From: Eledone cirrhosa
Taxonomy: Eukaryota
DNA: 64,000 nucleotides
Assembly (NCBI GenBank): GCA_964016885.1
Contig: OZ024741.1
Coordinates: 218,488,001 to 218,552,000 of the forward strand
Direction of reading: 5' to 3'
The number at the start of each line of letters is the position of its first letter. The first letter of the stretch is position 1. The notes below the pieces were generated by a model. That model was not told the DNA's origin. It made no database searches and was given only the letters and a program-made list of their open reading frames with translations. Below are positions 29,982 through 43,911 of the stretch, piece after piece. Made by a program: the position numbers and the translations under genes.

Positions 29982-30703
29982 CAATATATAACAGTTTTAC
30001 AAATAGGTTTGACGTACCCTTTAAAATACAACCATTACTTTTGGAGGCTGTCTGGATAGTGATTTGTTCATATAATAAGTCATAGTGTTAAGCACAATTA
30101 GAAAAAGACGGAGAGAAAGAAAGAGAAAAAAACAAAGACAGAGAGAGAGAAAGAAAAGAGAAAGAAAACCTGGAGAAATATCGGAGAGAGAGAGAGAAAA
30201 GTATGGAGAAAAGAAAGAGATAGATAAAGATAGGAGGAAATAAAAAAGAAAGAAAAGGAAGGAATAAGAAAAACAAAGGAATAAGAAAAACAAAGGAAAG
30301 CAACAGAGAGATATCAAGTCATCATACAGAAAGAGAAACTCAAGAGAGAGAAATACTATATAGAGAGAGGGGGACAGTGACAACCTTACGTCATGTCATA
30401 TTAAGTTAAGTTAACAATTTATATGAAATGAATAATAAAAATATAAATATAAGTATCAATATTCATGAATGGGACAGAGATATATAATATGAGAAATTAA
30501 ACATTGTTCAATAATGACCACATGTTTAGTTTACAAACTTGAGATCAATATACCAAAATCTGAGTTCAAAATGTACCCTTGGTATAGAGATTAGTATTTT
30601 ATGCAAAGACATACAAATACATATGTATATATACGTCTTTTTCTAATTGTGCTTAACACTATGACTTATTATATGAACAAATCACTATCCAGACAGCCTC
30701 CAA

Positions 30704-30995
30704 CATACACTGAGGATGAAAAACTAAGCTGTATGGGAGCCTCCCAAAAGTCAGCTCAAAAGTGACACAGAGGAGACTGAGGTTAGCTGGACATGCTCAC
30801 CGACATCCAGAGTTGACATTGCACTCAGTGCTCCTGTGGGAGTCCATACATGGACACACTGGAAGAGGAAGACCAAGGTTAACGTATGCTGATGCCCTAA
30901 GGACAGACACTGGTCTGTTGGAGACGCAGGACATGGCAGCGATAATGAGGGACAGAGACCGCTGGAGAGAACTCGTCCATGGATCTCTTGAATTT
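30704..30995 (+). mobile_element. RTE-like LINE 3' fragment
   Basis: RRLRLAGHAHRH..LLWE..GRGRPRLTY..DRDRWR; second copy at 47670-47990. Confidence 0.75.
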
Positions 30996-31812
30996 TACCA
31001 CTCAGCCACGCGTCTGTATATAGGTTATATATTAGTTGTGATGACACTGGCACCAAGTTATATCAGCTATTGACCTCACTTTGGATAACATCATATATTG
31101 TATGTAGAGAATATATATATATATACATATATATATATATTGGTAGAAATTCCAGAAAACAGAACCGAGATCCTCTCAAGGATTTTGCCTTGTCCAGTAT
31201 GTAGGAAAGGCATTGGTAGACATTCCATCCTCTGCCTCATATGGAGACTCGGTTGTTGGAAACCTTGGACTGGGGAGACCTTGGAAGGGGTAGAGTGAGG
31301 TGATACAAGCTGACCTTGCCCAATTGTACCTCTCAGAGGAGATGACACGTGGCCGGGATCTCTGGCGATATGCAGTAATACAGAAGACCCGACTTCACAG
31401 GAACACAAGCTGAAGCATATGTACAGCATTCCCCACCCCTCTCAGCCCACACTATAAAGTGGACATGTGAAAGACACAGCAAAAAGCACCCAGCCCATGC
31501 TGTAAAGTGGACATGTGAAATAATAGAATATTAGCCTACGACTTCATTTATACCATAAACGTGGTTTTGTTTTTGCGTGTAATTGTTCTCACCACTCCAA
31601 ATAATGATGTATTATCTTCGTTTTTTTTCCGTTCTTTGCCAGGGAACGTCTCCACGAACCAAAATATCGTCTTCCTGACTTCCTTCGGTTGCAAGGTTTT
31701 TCGAAATATTTACTTCTGCGTTCACAGATTCATGATTTTTTAGTCTCAGAAGATCCCGTTAAGGATGAAAGCAGCGATTCTTTGCTTAAACTTTAATCTG
31801 TCATTTTAATAA

Positions 31813-31881
<69 letters not shown>

Positions 31882-32079
31882 ATAATAAAGTATATAATAA
31901 AGTATATGTCCCTACACGCAGAAGGCGCTTAGGGACACACGTATTGTCCAACCATATGCTAATGTGGTTCAATGGCAGGTTAATATATTAACAAGCCAGA
32001 ACATATATAATCAAGGTTTAGCAAATAAGAAAAAGTTTCAAAATAAATTTTAAAAAATTAACTTTACTTACTAAGGTTA

Positions 32080-32163
32080 CCTTTACCGAATCGGTTTCGA
32101 GTCTCAAAAATAAACGGACAGTCCATACGGCATCCATTGCAAAGATAAACTCTCGTCAGAAGG
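32080..32163 (-). ncRNA. Type I hammerhead ribozyme
   Basis: CCTT-CTGACGA-GAGT..ACTC-GAAACCGATTCGGTA-AAGG. Confidence 0.75.
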
Positions 32164-32379
32164 ATCTTTTCACTCGGAGAATATAAAATTCCCGAGTTCA
32201 AATTACGAACTGGCGCTATTCAAAATTGTTCCCGAGATGAGAATAAATGAAGTGGAAGCAATTCCTTCAAGTGCCGTGTGTAAAGATAGAGGCAGAGGCA
32301 GGGAGGCCAGTCTGCTCCCGCTATAACTAGCAGCAGTCAGAACGACCAAATTTTTTCTTAACCAAGAGGAGAGAAGAAA

Positions 32380-32597
32380 ATCGATCGACTTTCGTCTAAT
32401 CGGACCGAGGGAACAATGTTTCCGTTGGTCTTTCCAATTGCTAATACTATCTATCGGTCGCAACTCCAGGTAGAATGAGCAACGTGAAATAAAGTGTCTT
32501 GCTCAAGGACATAACGCATCACCTGGTCCAGGAATCGAACTCACAACCTTACGATTGCGAATCCAATTCTCTAACCACTCAGCCACACGCCTTCACA
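32380..32597 (-). mobile_element. tRNA-derived SINE family 2 (CORE-like)
   Basis: Near-identical reverse complement of 37581-37795; contains TGTCCTTGAGCAAGACACTT. Confidence 0.85.
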
Positions 32598-32789
32598 CGC
32601 TTTCCAAGAGGAGAATAATAATAATAAAGTATATGTCCCTACACGCACAAGGCGCTTAGGGACACACGTATTGTCCAACCATATGCCAATGTTGTCCACT
32701 CCACTTATTTCAACCTGAATTTCTCTCATTCCGTCTTACACCGTCTTATTCTGGTTCACTTCATCTCATTCTGTCTCACTTCATCATAC

Positions 32790-35700
32790 ACCGTCTCACT
32801 CCGTCTCACACCTTCTCCCACCGTCTCATACCGTCTCTCTCCGTCTCACTCCGTCTCACTCTGTCTCACACCTTCTCCCACCGTCTCATACCGTCTCTCT
32901 CCGTCTCTCTCCGTCTCACTCCGTCTCACACCTTCTCCCACCGTCTCATACCGTCTCTCTCCGTCTCACTCCGTCTCACACCTTCTCCCACCGTCTCATA
33001 CCGTCTCTCTCCGTCTCACTCCGTCTCACACCTTCTCCCACCGTCTCATACCGTCTCTCTCCGTCTCGCACCTTCTCCCACCGTCTCATACCGTCTCTCT
33101 CCGTCTCACTCCGTCTCACTCTGTCTCACACCTTCTTCCACCGTCTCTCTCCGTCTCTCCCAGTCTCACTCCGTCTCACACCTTCTCCCACCGTCTCATA
33201 CCTTCTCCCACCGTCTCACACGTCTTACACCTTCTCCCACCGTCTCATACCGTCTCACTCCGTCTCACTCTGTCTCAAACCTTCTCCCACCGTCTCATAC
33301 CGTCTCTCTCCGTCTCACTCCGTCTCACACCTTCTCCCACCGTCTCATACCGTCTCACTCCGTCTCCCACCGTCTCAGACCTTCTCCCACCGTCTCATAC
33401 CGTCTCTCTCCGTCTCACTCCGTCTCATACCGTCTCTCTCCGTCTCACTCTGTCTCACACCTTCTCCCACCGTCTCTCTCCGTCTCACTCCGTCTCACTC
33501 CGTCTCACACCTTCTCCCACCGTCTCATACCGTCTCTCTCCGTCTCACTCCGTCTCACACCTTCTCCCACCGTCTCATACCGTCTCTCTCCGTCTCACTC
33601 CGTCTCACACCTTCTCCCACCGTCTCATACCGTCTCACTCCGTCTCACTCTGTCTCAACCCTTCTCCCACCGTCTCATACCGTCTCTCTCCGTCTCACTC
33701 CGTCTCACTCCGTCTCATACCGTCTCTCTCCGTCTCACTCCGTCTCACACCTTCTCCCACCGTCTCATACCGTCTCTCTCCGTCTCACACCTTCTCCCAC
33801 CGTCTCATACCGTCTCTCTTGTCTCACTCCGTCTCACTCTGTCTCACACCTTCTTCCACCGTCTCTCTCCGTCTCTCCCCGTCTCACTCCGTCTCACACC
33901 TTCTCCCACCGTCTCATACCTTCTCCCACCGTCTCACACGTCTTACACCTTCTCCCACCGTCTCATACCGTCTCACTCCGTCTCACTCTGTCTCAAACCT
34001 TCTCCCACCGTCTCATACCGTCTCTCTCCGTCTCACTCCGTCTCACACCTTCTCCCACCGTCTCATACCGTCTCACTCCGTCTCACTCCGTCTCAGACCT
34101 TCTCCCACCGTCTCATACCGTCTCTCTCCGTCTCACTCCGTCTCATACCGTCTCTCTCCGTCTCACTCTGTCTCACACCTTCTCCCACCGTCTCTCTCCG
34201 TCTCACTCCGTCTCACTCCGTCTCACACCTTCTCCCACCGTCTCATACCGTCTCTCTCCGTCTCACTCCGTCTCACACCTTCTCCCACCGTCTCATACCG
34301 TCTCACTCCGTCTCACTCTGTCTCAACCCTTCTCCCACCGTCTCATACCGTCTCTCTCCGTCTCACTCCGTCTCACTCCGTCTCATACCGTCTCTCTCCG
34401 TCTCACTCCGTCTCACACCTTCTCCCACCGTCTCATACCGTCTCTCTCCGTCTCACACCTTCTCACACCTTCTCCCACCGTCTCATACCGTCTCTCTCCG
34501 TCTCACTCCGTCTCAAACCTTCTCACTCCGTCTCATACCGTCTCTCTCCGTCTCACTCCGTCTCAAACCTTCTCCCACCGTCTCATACCGTCTCTCTCCG
34601 TCTCACTCCGACTCACTCCGTCTCACTCCGTCTCACACCTTCTCCCACCGTCTCATACCGTCTCTCTCCGTCTCACTCCGTCTCACTCCGTCTCACTCCG
34701 TCTCACTCCGTCTCACACCTTCTCCCACCGTCTCATACCGTCTCACTCCGTCTCACTCTGTCTCAAACCTTCTCCCACCGTCTCATACCGTCTCTCTCCA
34801 TCTCACTCCGTCTCATTCTGTCTCACACCTTCTCCCACCGTCTCATACCGTCTCACTCCGTCTCACTCTGTCTCAAACCTTCTCCCACCGTCTCATATCG
34901 TCTCACTCCGTCTCACTCTGTCTCACACCTTCTCCCACCGTCTCATACCGTCTCACTCCGTCTCACTCTGTCTCAAACCTTCTCCCACCGTCTCATACCG
35001 TCTCACTCCGTCTCACTCTGTCTCACACCTTCTCCCACCGTCTCATACCGTCTCACTCCGTCTCACTCTGTCTCACACCTTCTCCCACCGTCTCATACCG
35101 TCTCTCTCCGTCTCACTCCGTCTCACTCCGTCTCACTCCGTCTCACACCTTCTCCCACCGTCTCATACCGTCTCACTCCGTCTCACTCTGTCTCACACCT
35201 TCTCCCACCGTCTCATACCGTCTCTCTCCGTCTCACTCCGTCTCACTCCGTCTCACACCTTCTCCCACCGTCTCATACCGTCTCACTCCGTCTCACTCTG
35301 TCTCACACCTTCTCCCACCGTCTCATACCGTCTCACTCTGTCTCACTCTGTCTCACACCTTCTCCCACCGTCTCATACCGTCTCACTCCGTCTCACTCTG
35401 TCTCAAACCTTCTCCCACCGTCTCATACCGTCTCTCCCCATCTCACTCCGTCTCACACCTTCTCCCACCGTCTCAGACCTTCTCCCACCGTCTCACTCCG
35501 TCTCATACCATCTCTCCGTCTCACTCCGTCTCACACCTTCTCCCACCGTCTCATACCGTCTCTCTCCGTCTCACTCCGTCTCACACCTTCTCCCACCGTC
35601 TCATACCGTCTCTCTCCGCCTCACTCCGTCTCAAACCGTCTCAAACCGTCTCACCCTGTCTCATTTTGGCTAACTCAATCTCACTCTGTCTCACTCCGTC

Positions 35701-35900
35701 TCACGGCGTCTCCCACCGTCACACTCCATCTTATACCATCTCACTCCATCTCCCTCCATCTTACACCGTCTCACAACGCCTCACACCATCTCATTCTATT
35801 TCCCTCCGTCTCACTCCGTCTCACTCCGTCTCACATCTTCTCATTCAATCTCACTCAATCTCCCTCCGTCTTACTCCGTTTCCCACCATCTCACTCTGAG
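32790..35900. repeat. 10-bp-unit minisatellite (CCGTCTCACT and variants), about 3.1 kb
   Basis: Variants CCGTCTCACT, CCGTCTCACA, CCTTCTCCCA, CCGTCTCATA and CCGTCTCTCT occur in ordered blocks. Confidence 0.95.
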
Positions 35901-36003
35901 TCCCTCCACCTCCCTCTGTCTCACTCCATCTTTATATATTGCTTTGTTTGTATCGAAATTTCTTGCCCATTGTTTTTACAACATTATTTTTGCTTGCCTT
36001 TAT

Positions 36004-36192
36004 GGGTGGTGGATTGGCAGTATCGGTAGAGAGTCGGACGCCATGCTTTCCAGCATAGTTACATCCCTCTACGGTCTGAGTTCAAATCCCGCCGAGGTTC
36101 ACTTTGCCTTTCATCCTTATGGGGTAGATAAAATAAAGTACCAGTAATGCACTGGGTAATTGCTGGCCTTGTGCCAAAAGTAGAAACAATTA
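36004..36192 (+). mobile_element. SINE family 1
   Basis: A/B boxes and conserved body. Confidence 0.85.
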
Positions 36193-36230
36193 TTTTTGCT
36201 TGCTTTGACTTAAATCTCATTCTACTGCAG

Positions 36231-36322
36231 TTGCTGTTGTCGTCAGGTTTAGACGTCAAAATATTTCGTGGGTTTAATTTAGTCAGTTTTGGGCATCGTG
36301 GCATTGGAGCGCTAGACGACAG
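36231..36322 (+). CDS. Candidate internal exon of an unidentified host gene
   Basis: ..CTCATTCTACTGCAG acceptor, CAG|GTGGGT donor, single open frame LLLSSGLDVKIFRGFNLVSFGHRGIGALDD. Confidence 0.35.
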
Positions 36323-36424
36323 GTGGGTTGCGTAGCAGTACCTAAATGAAGGTCGGCTCTTCTGGTAGAATAGGTAGAAGTAGTCTACCTTGCTTTCAGT
36401 TCCAGTCGAATTTCAGAGTGTAAT

Positions 36425-36545
36425 AATTGGTTCTACTTTTGGTACAAGGCCAGCAATAACCCAGTGCATTACTGTTACTTTATTTTATCGATCCCGTAAG
36501 GATGAAAGGCTAAGTTAGCCTCAGCGGGATTTGAACTCAGAATGG
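36425..36545 (-). mobile_element. SINE family 1, 5'-truncated
   Basis: Reverse complement of B box and body. Confidence 0.8.
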
Positions 36546-37308
36546 AATAATGTATATATAAAAGCCCTAGGGTGTGTTTATAGAATTTCTTGGTTGAACG
36601 GAGGATTGAATCAAGTTATTTTTCATTTTCCGAAATCTCATTTACGATAACATTAATACAGAAGGTTGTTATATGAAAGAAATATGTCTGTTATTTCAAA
36701 CAGTTCAAAATACCGCGTAGAGTCTTCTCTGGCTAGCAGCCCATCGTTATAGGTGTAGAATCAAATAGAACTGTGGTTTTATACCATCTTAAACCTGGAA
36801 ATAAAATTATCTGAGATTGCCTTGGATCCTAGAAAATCGAACTAGATACCTCTTTGAATATTTCTGCATTAGAGATAGGAGAGTTTGGTTAGTTTGTTGT
36901 AGCCTGACATGATTCCTAAATAACAGCAAATCTGAGGAGCCAGAGAGCCTCGCCATTTTAACAGTCAATAAATTACTTGTCAGTGCAAGTGAATTCAAAA
37001 CGAACCGGTGTATGTGTGTAACCATGTAACCATACAAACACGCTTGCATACACATTCACACACTACTACATAGACATTACCGAGAACTCATTACAACGCA
37101 TACACACACACACATTCCAACACATACTTACACACATTCCAACACATACATACATTCCAACACATACTTACACTCATTACCACACATACTTACACACATT
37201 CCAACACATACTGAAACAAGCAGACAATATATCAAACTGAACAACTTTCCAATGCTGGTCAGTTGGTCAAATAAACATCTTTTTCCGATCATTCTTAACT
37301 CCCTCTCC

Positions 37309-37795
<487 letters not shown>

Positions 37796-37813
37796 TTCCT
37801 TTATATATATATA

Positions 37814-38068
37814 ATTGGTGTGGGAAGCTTAAAGCGTCTGAGCACTCGATGCTCTTACAGAGCAGAGTAAAATATCACATAAGAAACGGAGAATTTGGAA
37901 ACTCTGCTTCGAGAAAGATCGAGATGTATCTGAGGATCTTGTGATTTCAGAGTTAGGTTCGATCATCGCATCGATCGTGCCTCGAGCTGGTCGCCAGAGA
38001 AACGATTATAATATGTCTAATAAATTTTAATTCGTCGCACCACTGATTCTCCGTTTCTTATGTGATAT
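37814..38068. mobile_element. Fold-back HHR insert (sibling at 50751-51030)
   Basis: ATATCACATAAGAAACGGAGAAT is inverted at 38046-38068. HHR 37922-38018 (+): AGATGTAT-CTGAGGA-TCT..AGA-GAAACGATTATA-ATATGTCT. Confidence 0.7.
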
Positions 38069-38118
38069 ATATATATATATATATATATAGTTATGTAATA
38101 AACAACATAAGGCAATTA

Positions 38119-38179
38119 TTTCATTTACCAGTGGTTTCTTGAAAGCAAACATATTTTGCTTTCAATCATCAGAATGAAA
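38119..38179 (-). ncRNA. Canonical type I hammerhead ribozyme
   Basis: TTTCATT-CTGATGA-TTGAAAGCAAA(ATATG)TTTGCTTTCAA-GAAACCACTGGTA-AATGAAA; all stems pair perfectly. Confidence 0.85.
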
Positions 38180-38641
38180 AAATCCTGGTGTATTTATTGA
38201 CATTGGATTTTTTAAAAGATAGTTAAAAGAGTTCCATATATTTTATTATGCACATTTCGAATACAAAATCCTCCTGGGACAAAAATTGTGTTCTCATCAG
38301 ATAAAATAAGGTAACATGATATGAGGCATAATAGCACTTGTTTACAGGAAAGTGCTAAGTCTACATATGACAGAAATATAAGTGTTATTACTATAGTAGG
38401 AAATAGATAGGAAAATAGAAGAAAAGGAAAGAAGAGGAGAAAAAGGAAAAAGAAAGAGAAGAAAGGAAAAAAAGAAGAAAAATAGGAAGAGAGAGAGAAT
38501 GAGAGAGAGAGAGAGACATTTGATCAGGAACGCTGTCAAAATGAAAACAGTAAATAACGGTTAAAAAGCAAATTGATGATGTGTATGTGCGAATATCATA
38601 GACGGTATTCAAATATTAGAGGTCTAAATATAGAAACTGGG

Positions 38642-38752
38642 TATCCTGCCGAGGTTAACTTTGCCTTTCATCCTTACGGGGTCGATAAAATAAAAGTACC
38701 AGTAATACACTGGGTATTTGCTGGCCTTGTGCCAAAAGTAGAAACAATTATT
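38642..38752 (+). mobile_element. SINE family 1, partial (others at 43525-43680 +, 47195-47272 +, 49805-50014 -)
   Basis: Conserved body sequence. Confidence 0.8.
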
Positions 38753-39289
38753 TTATATTGGGTTTAAATACTAAAAATTGGATTAAGAAGTGTAAAGATG
38801 TATTAATAAAATAAAATAAAATAAAATAAATATTAAAAAAAAAGATTTTTATAAAATAAAATGAAAATAAAAATAGTCTATCTATGTCAAAATTAATAAT
38901 TTCTAGTAAAAATCTATATATGTGGGGTATACTATTTAATTTCTATTTTATATTAACAAGTAAATAAAGGAAATTGCTAGAATGATTTATAAACGTAGAA
39001 AGCTCTCATGGTTGGATGCATATGAGTTATTATTTAATATTTTAGAATTATGTCTTGAAAATAATTTTAGAGATGATAGAAGTAGTAGAATACGAGAATT
39101 TAATAGTATGCCTATTGAAAATCTTGCTATATATATGTGAAGGAGGGAAGCTGTTATATAATGCCCTAAAAATAATTTAGGGATATTATTAATAACGGAA
39201 AGAGAGAAGGGATCTACTTATCTGATATATGCATAGTTTTATTGTTCTACAATATTACTCATCTTCTATATATATATATATATATATAA

Positions 39290-40219
39290 CGGCGATGAAT
39301 TAGTATTGCGAGGTTTTTGATATGAAATCTTGTGTCCAAACAAATATTGTTATACTTTCCCTTTTAAGAAAACCCACTGTACTAATAGGAAATGTATCAT
39401 ATGTAGAGTAAACCTCCGGATAAACTGTAAAACTAGAAACATAGTCTATAGCATAAGATGTACAGAGGGTACTTGCAGAAACATGAAAACAACATACATA
39501 GGCGAGACAGCTCGAAGCATAGGTGAAAGGATAGACCAACACTGGGGGGAACTAAAAGGACGAAAAAACGGTTCAGTACTATACGAACATGCCAGACAAA
39601 AACACAACGGTAACATAGACAACATAGAAGTTAGAATAATATCTAAACATAGAAATGACCCAGCAGATAGGCAAATCAGAGAGGCCAGCGAAATAGAACT
39701 TAGAAGGCCAAGGCTAAACAGAAAAAATGAATGGAAACAAACAACACTGACCTAAGAGAAGTATAAATAAATACACAAGCACAATAACAACAAACACATA
39801 TAAACACACACTAGTAAACTAAGATAGAATACATTAACCAATACACAGTCACCCAAACAAGAACACACATCAAACAAAACACTATACACACACGCAAACG
39901 CATGCGCAGAGAAGACAAAAAAATAAACAGACTAAATAAAGATGGCGTAAGCATACAATGCAACCGGAGGAAACATAATAGCACCACTGACGATGTTGCA
40001 GATGTGCAACGAAAGAACTTTGCTAGACTATATATATGTGTTTGTGTCTATATTGTATCTGTACTTTTGACCGCTGGTCAGTCAATGGCAACATTGAGGA
40101 CCGAATAAATTAAATTAACCGATATAAAAGACACAGAAGCGAAAACCAACCAAACAGTGAGTGTGTTACGTTATTAATTCTGGCAATGCTATTACACAAA
40201 TATGACCCTCCCCAAGTAT

Positions 40220-40227
<8 letters not shown>
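39290..40227 (+). mobile_element. PLE family B (relative of A): inverted tail, GIY-YIG 3' fragment, pLTR with HHR
   Basis: ORF 39330-39755 reads CKTRNIVYSIRCTEG..YIGETARS..RQIREA..LNRKNEW. HHR-like CTGACGA-T-GTTGCA(GATG)TGCAAC-GAAAGAAC at about 39980-40025. Ends CCCAAGTATAACAATAT(AT)n. Confidence 0.85.
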
Positions 40228-40292
<65 letters not shown>

Positions 40293-40379
40293 AGCAAGAT
40301 GTATGGTAGGTCGTATGTGAATCGTGATGATCACGCCTGACCTACCAAATATGCGACGGTAGCTAATAATAATAATAAT

Positions 40380-40439
<60 letters not shown>

Positions 40440-40442
<3 letters not shown>

Positions 40443-40832
40443 GGTTCGGAAAAGATTGTTTAGGTAAAAACAGGAGTAAGCAGAAGAAAGCTCTCAACAA
40501 TCGTTGTTTTAGTTGCGATGGAGAATTTTATAAAACTAACAAAATAAGATGCTGAGGTTACATATATCGTTTAATCATAATTATTTCTACGGTTCTCCAT
40601 GCAATCGAGATGTCTTCATGCATTTGCTGTTGATTATGAGAACGGTTTCCTCAGATGAAGATCGATATATTTGATATACCGCTGGCAGGAAAACACACAT
40701 CCGCAAAGGATGTGTCTTTTCCGTTCTCATAATCAACAGCAAATGCATGAAGGACATCTCAATTTCATGGAGAACCGTAGAACTAATTATTATGATTAAA
40801 CGATACATGTAACCTCAGCATCTTATTTTATT
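40440..40832. mobile_element. Fold-back insert (left arm with ~95-nt tail, right arm with short end)
   Basis: 40541-40646 is inverted at 40721-40829. Confidence 0.7.
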
Positions 40833-40847
40833 ATATATATATATATA

Positions 40848-41110
40848 TAGAAGTGGTTACACAACAGTTAGTTCACCATACCGAGAACAATTGTTTCACC
40901 TTAGTGGATCCTCAGCTCGGAATGCGCATGGTTATAGGAACAGGAAGGACAACCGTACGAACGCGCCCATTCCGAGCTGAGGATCCGCTAAGGGTAAACA
41001 ATTGTTCTCGGTATGGTGAACTAACTGTTGTGTAACCACTTCTACCTAATTCGTCCCATGGACTGAGTGCTCTACCACTACGGATATTACCTTCCAGTGT
41101 TCTACCACTA
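40848..41110. mobile_element. Fold-back HHR insert with a right-hand tail (tail also inverted at 13713-13772)
   Basis: 40848-40924 is inverted at 40967-41044. Minus-strand CCGAG-CTGAGGA-TCC(ACTAA)GGT-GAAACAATTGTT-CTCGG with palindromic stem III. Confidence 0.75.
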
Positions 41111-42127
41111 TATATATATATATATATATATATACTCAAAATGGCTAACTAAACACACGTGTGTTCTGTTCTCGTAAAATGTTCTCTGTCCGTTTTTCCT
41201 CTTATTACTCTCATTAATCATTCTATTTTTCTTCTATCTCTTAGTCTATCTTATGATGAAGGGCTAACAGCCAAAACGTTAAGACATTTTTCCTATTATA
41301 TCAAGCGTTAAACAAATATATATCATTGTGCTTCTGCCGCATAGTTCCCCCGTGTTCTTTTTCTTCGTTGACCTTTTGCATATATATATATATATATAAA
41401 TGAAGAATTAGAAATAGAAGCCAGGACTATCCGTCATCATAGGTATTTCTTCGCATTACAGAACATATACCTCCGGCTAGGACAATGCAATAACTAAATT
41501 AAGTTATTGGGATAAAAAGAGTTGGGTGGAGAAAGAGAGACGGGTAAACAACCACGAATGGTGAGGCAACGTAAAGAGAGGAAAAAATGAGAAAATCAAG
41601 TCAATAATTTATTTTGAACATAAGAACATGCGAATATTGACGAGAAGACAAAAGACATATCTTGGCCGTGCGAATGTGAGCGAGGAAAGAATTTCGTACG
41701 GTGTGGGACGATGGAGGAAGTGAGAGAGAGGGTGAGTAGCAGAGAGTGAATGAGTAAAAGTGTGAGGAAGAGGCTATCCGAGAGAGGGTGACTAGCAGAG
41801 GGGGTGAGTGAAAGTAAGAGGGAGAAGGAGAGAGAAGGGGGAGAGAGAAAGAGGATAGCAGTAAGGGAAGAGAAAAAGACAGGTCACTATATATATATAT
41901 ATATACATTTATTGAAATAACATATTAAAGTTTGAGCAAAGAATCGCTGCTTTTAACGGGATCTTCAGAAGATCCCGTTAAGGGTGAAAGCAGCGATTCT
42001 TTGCTCATACTTTAATCTATTATTTGAATAAATATTTGCTTTATGGTTCTTATATATTTAATATATATTTATCCTTATCGAGCCCTCTTTGGATTTTAGT
42101 CTTCGCATTTATCATTATTACTACACA

Positions 42128-42510
<383 letters not shown>

Positions 42511-43129
42511 TGTATGTATGCATGTATGGGCTAAAAAGCCACATTCAATCGCAGCACTGTTAATTACTATTGTGTGTGTGTGTGTGTGTGTGTGTATAGA
42601 TATGTATATGTGTGTGTGTATATATATATTATTATTATTATTATTATTATTGTCGTTATTATGGGGGGTTTTTTCGTACAATGGCCATACTCAATAACGA
42701 GGGGGCAGCCATCATGTAAATTATTATTAAAATTTCATCCACTTAACATGTATACTCGACCTTAGGTTTCGGGGTCCAGTTATGGCGACCACTATATAAT
42801 GGGGGAGACGTTTCACTACTGGCCTCTCATCGGGCGCCAGGACAAAAATAACGAATAAAAATAACCCGTTAGTTCATTAAATTTGGTTTTATATATGTTT
42901 ATATACACATGATATATACAATATATTATATGAGGAGTTGCCTAAATTTCACCCTGTGAGCCACATGCGGTCGTTGACTGATACTTAACGTTGTCTGGTA
43001 TTTTTTAAATTTTATTTCAGTTTATATAGAAATGGAAGCAAAATATTATTAAATTAACGCTAGTAGCTTTTCACTTATAATGTTATTTATACAACTGTGA
43101 AAATTAAAACATGTATTAGAGTGTGTGTT

Positions 43130-43500
43130 CGTGAAACATACACAGATATACCAGGTCCTAACACAATGGAACCAAACTCTCATTGTCACTACCTCCGTTT
43201 CTCCCGTTCTCCTCATCTCTCACTATTATGAGCAAATGGGGGCCCCGTCGGAGAGAATAGGTAAGGCGTTTCCCCGAAGGATGGTGAAGGAGACGCACTG
43301 GAAGAGCCATTCCAGCTCGCGAGGCTCACACCAGCGGGTAGCCAACTCTGTATCGATGGTGGGGAGTAGGGTGGGGGCGCTAGTGCTAAGGAGACTAGAA
43401 GGAAGTCTCAACAGCTACGGGCTCGACTGCAAACCTGTCGGAGAACGACCAATATTTGCAGAGTTCACTCTCATCGGCCCGAGGTGCAGCAGAGCCTGGG
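43130..43500 (-). mobile_element. CRE-clade non-LTR 3' fragment
   Basis: ELEWLFQCVSFTILRGNA motif; homologous to 59116-59450. Confidence 0.7.
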
Positions 43501-43716
43501 TTAGTCACTTTCTACATTTTTACTAATGTGGCGAAATGGCAGCGTCGTTAGGGCGTCGGATTTAAAATGCCGTAGATTTTGTTATAAATCACTCCAGAGA
43601 GAGTTCAAATCCCGCCGAGGTTAACTTTACTTTCGTCATTTCGAGTTCGGAAAAGTACCCGTACTGTACTGGGTCGATTTTTCTTCTCTATCTTTTTCAC
43701 GTTTTCTCTCCTCTAG

Positions 43717-43838
43717 AAGAAATCGACTGCGTTCGACATGAAGCGGAATGGGTTCTGCTATTTTTAAAATTGCCCCAGATATGCCGAATGTCAGAATGGC
43801 TTCCCCTACTAGTCCATCCAGAGCTAATGGCCCTGTAA
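43717..43838 (+). CDS. Candidate host exon (internal or terminal)
   Basis: Strong polypyrimidine tract plus TAG; frame EIDCVRHEAEWVLLFLKLPQICRMSEWLPLLVHPELMAL ends at a GT donor or TAA. Confidence 0.3.
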
Positions 43839-43911
43839 TGTTTTTCCTTATTAACTGGGATATGACCTGATACGTAAAAGCGTATGGCCTTATAGTTAAG
43901 GTGTTGGCAAT

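Noticed and set aside
33819-36029. 736-aa Ser/His/Pro-rich ORF
   Set aside because: Read-through of the 10-bp minisatellite, ending in a SINE; non-ATG start.
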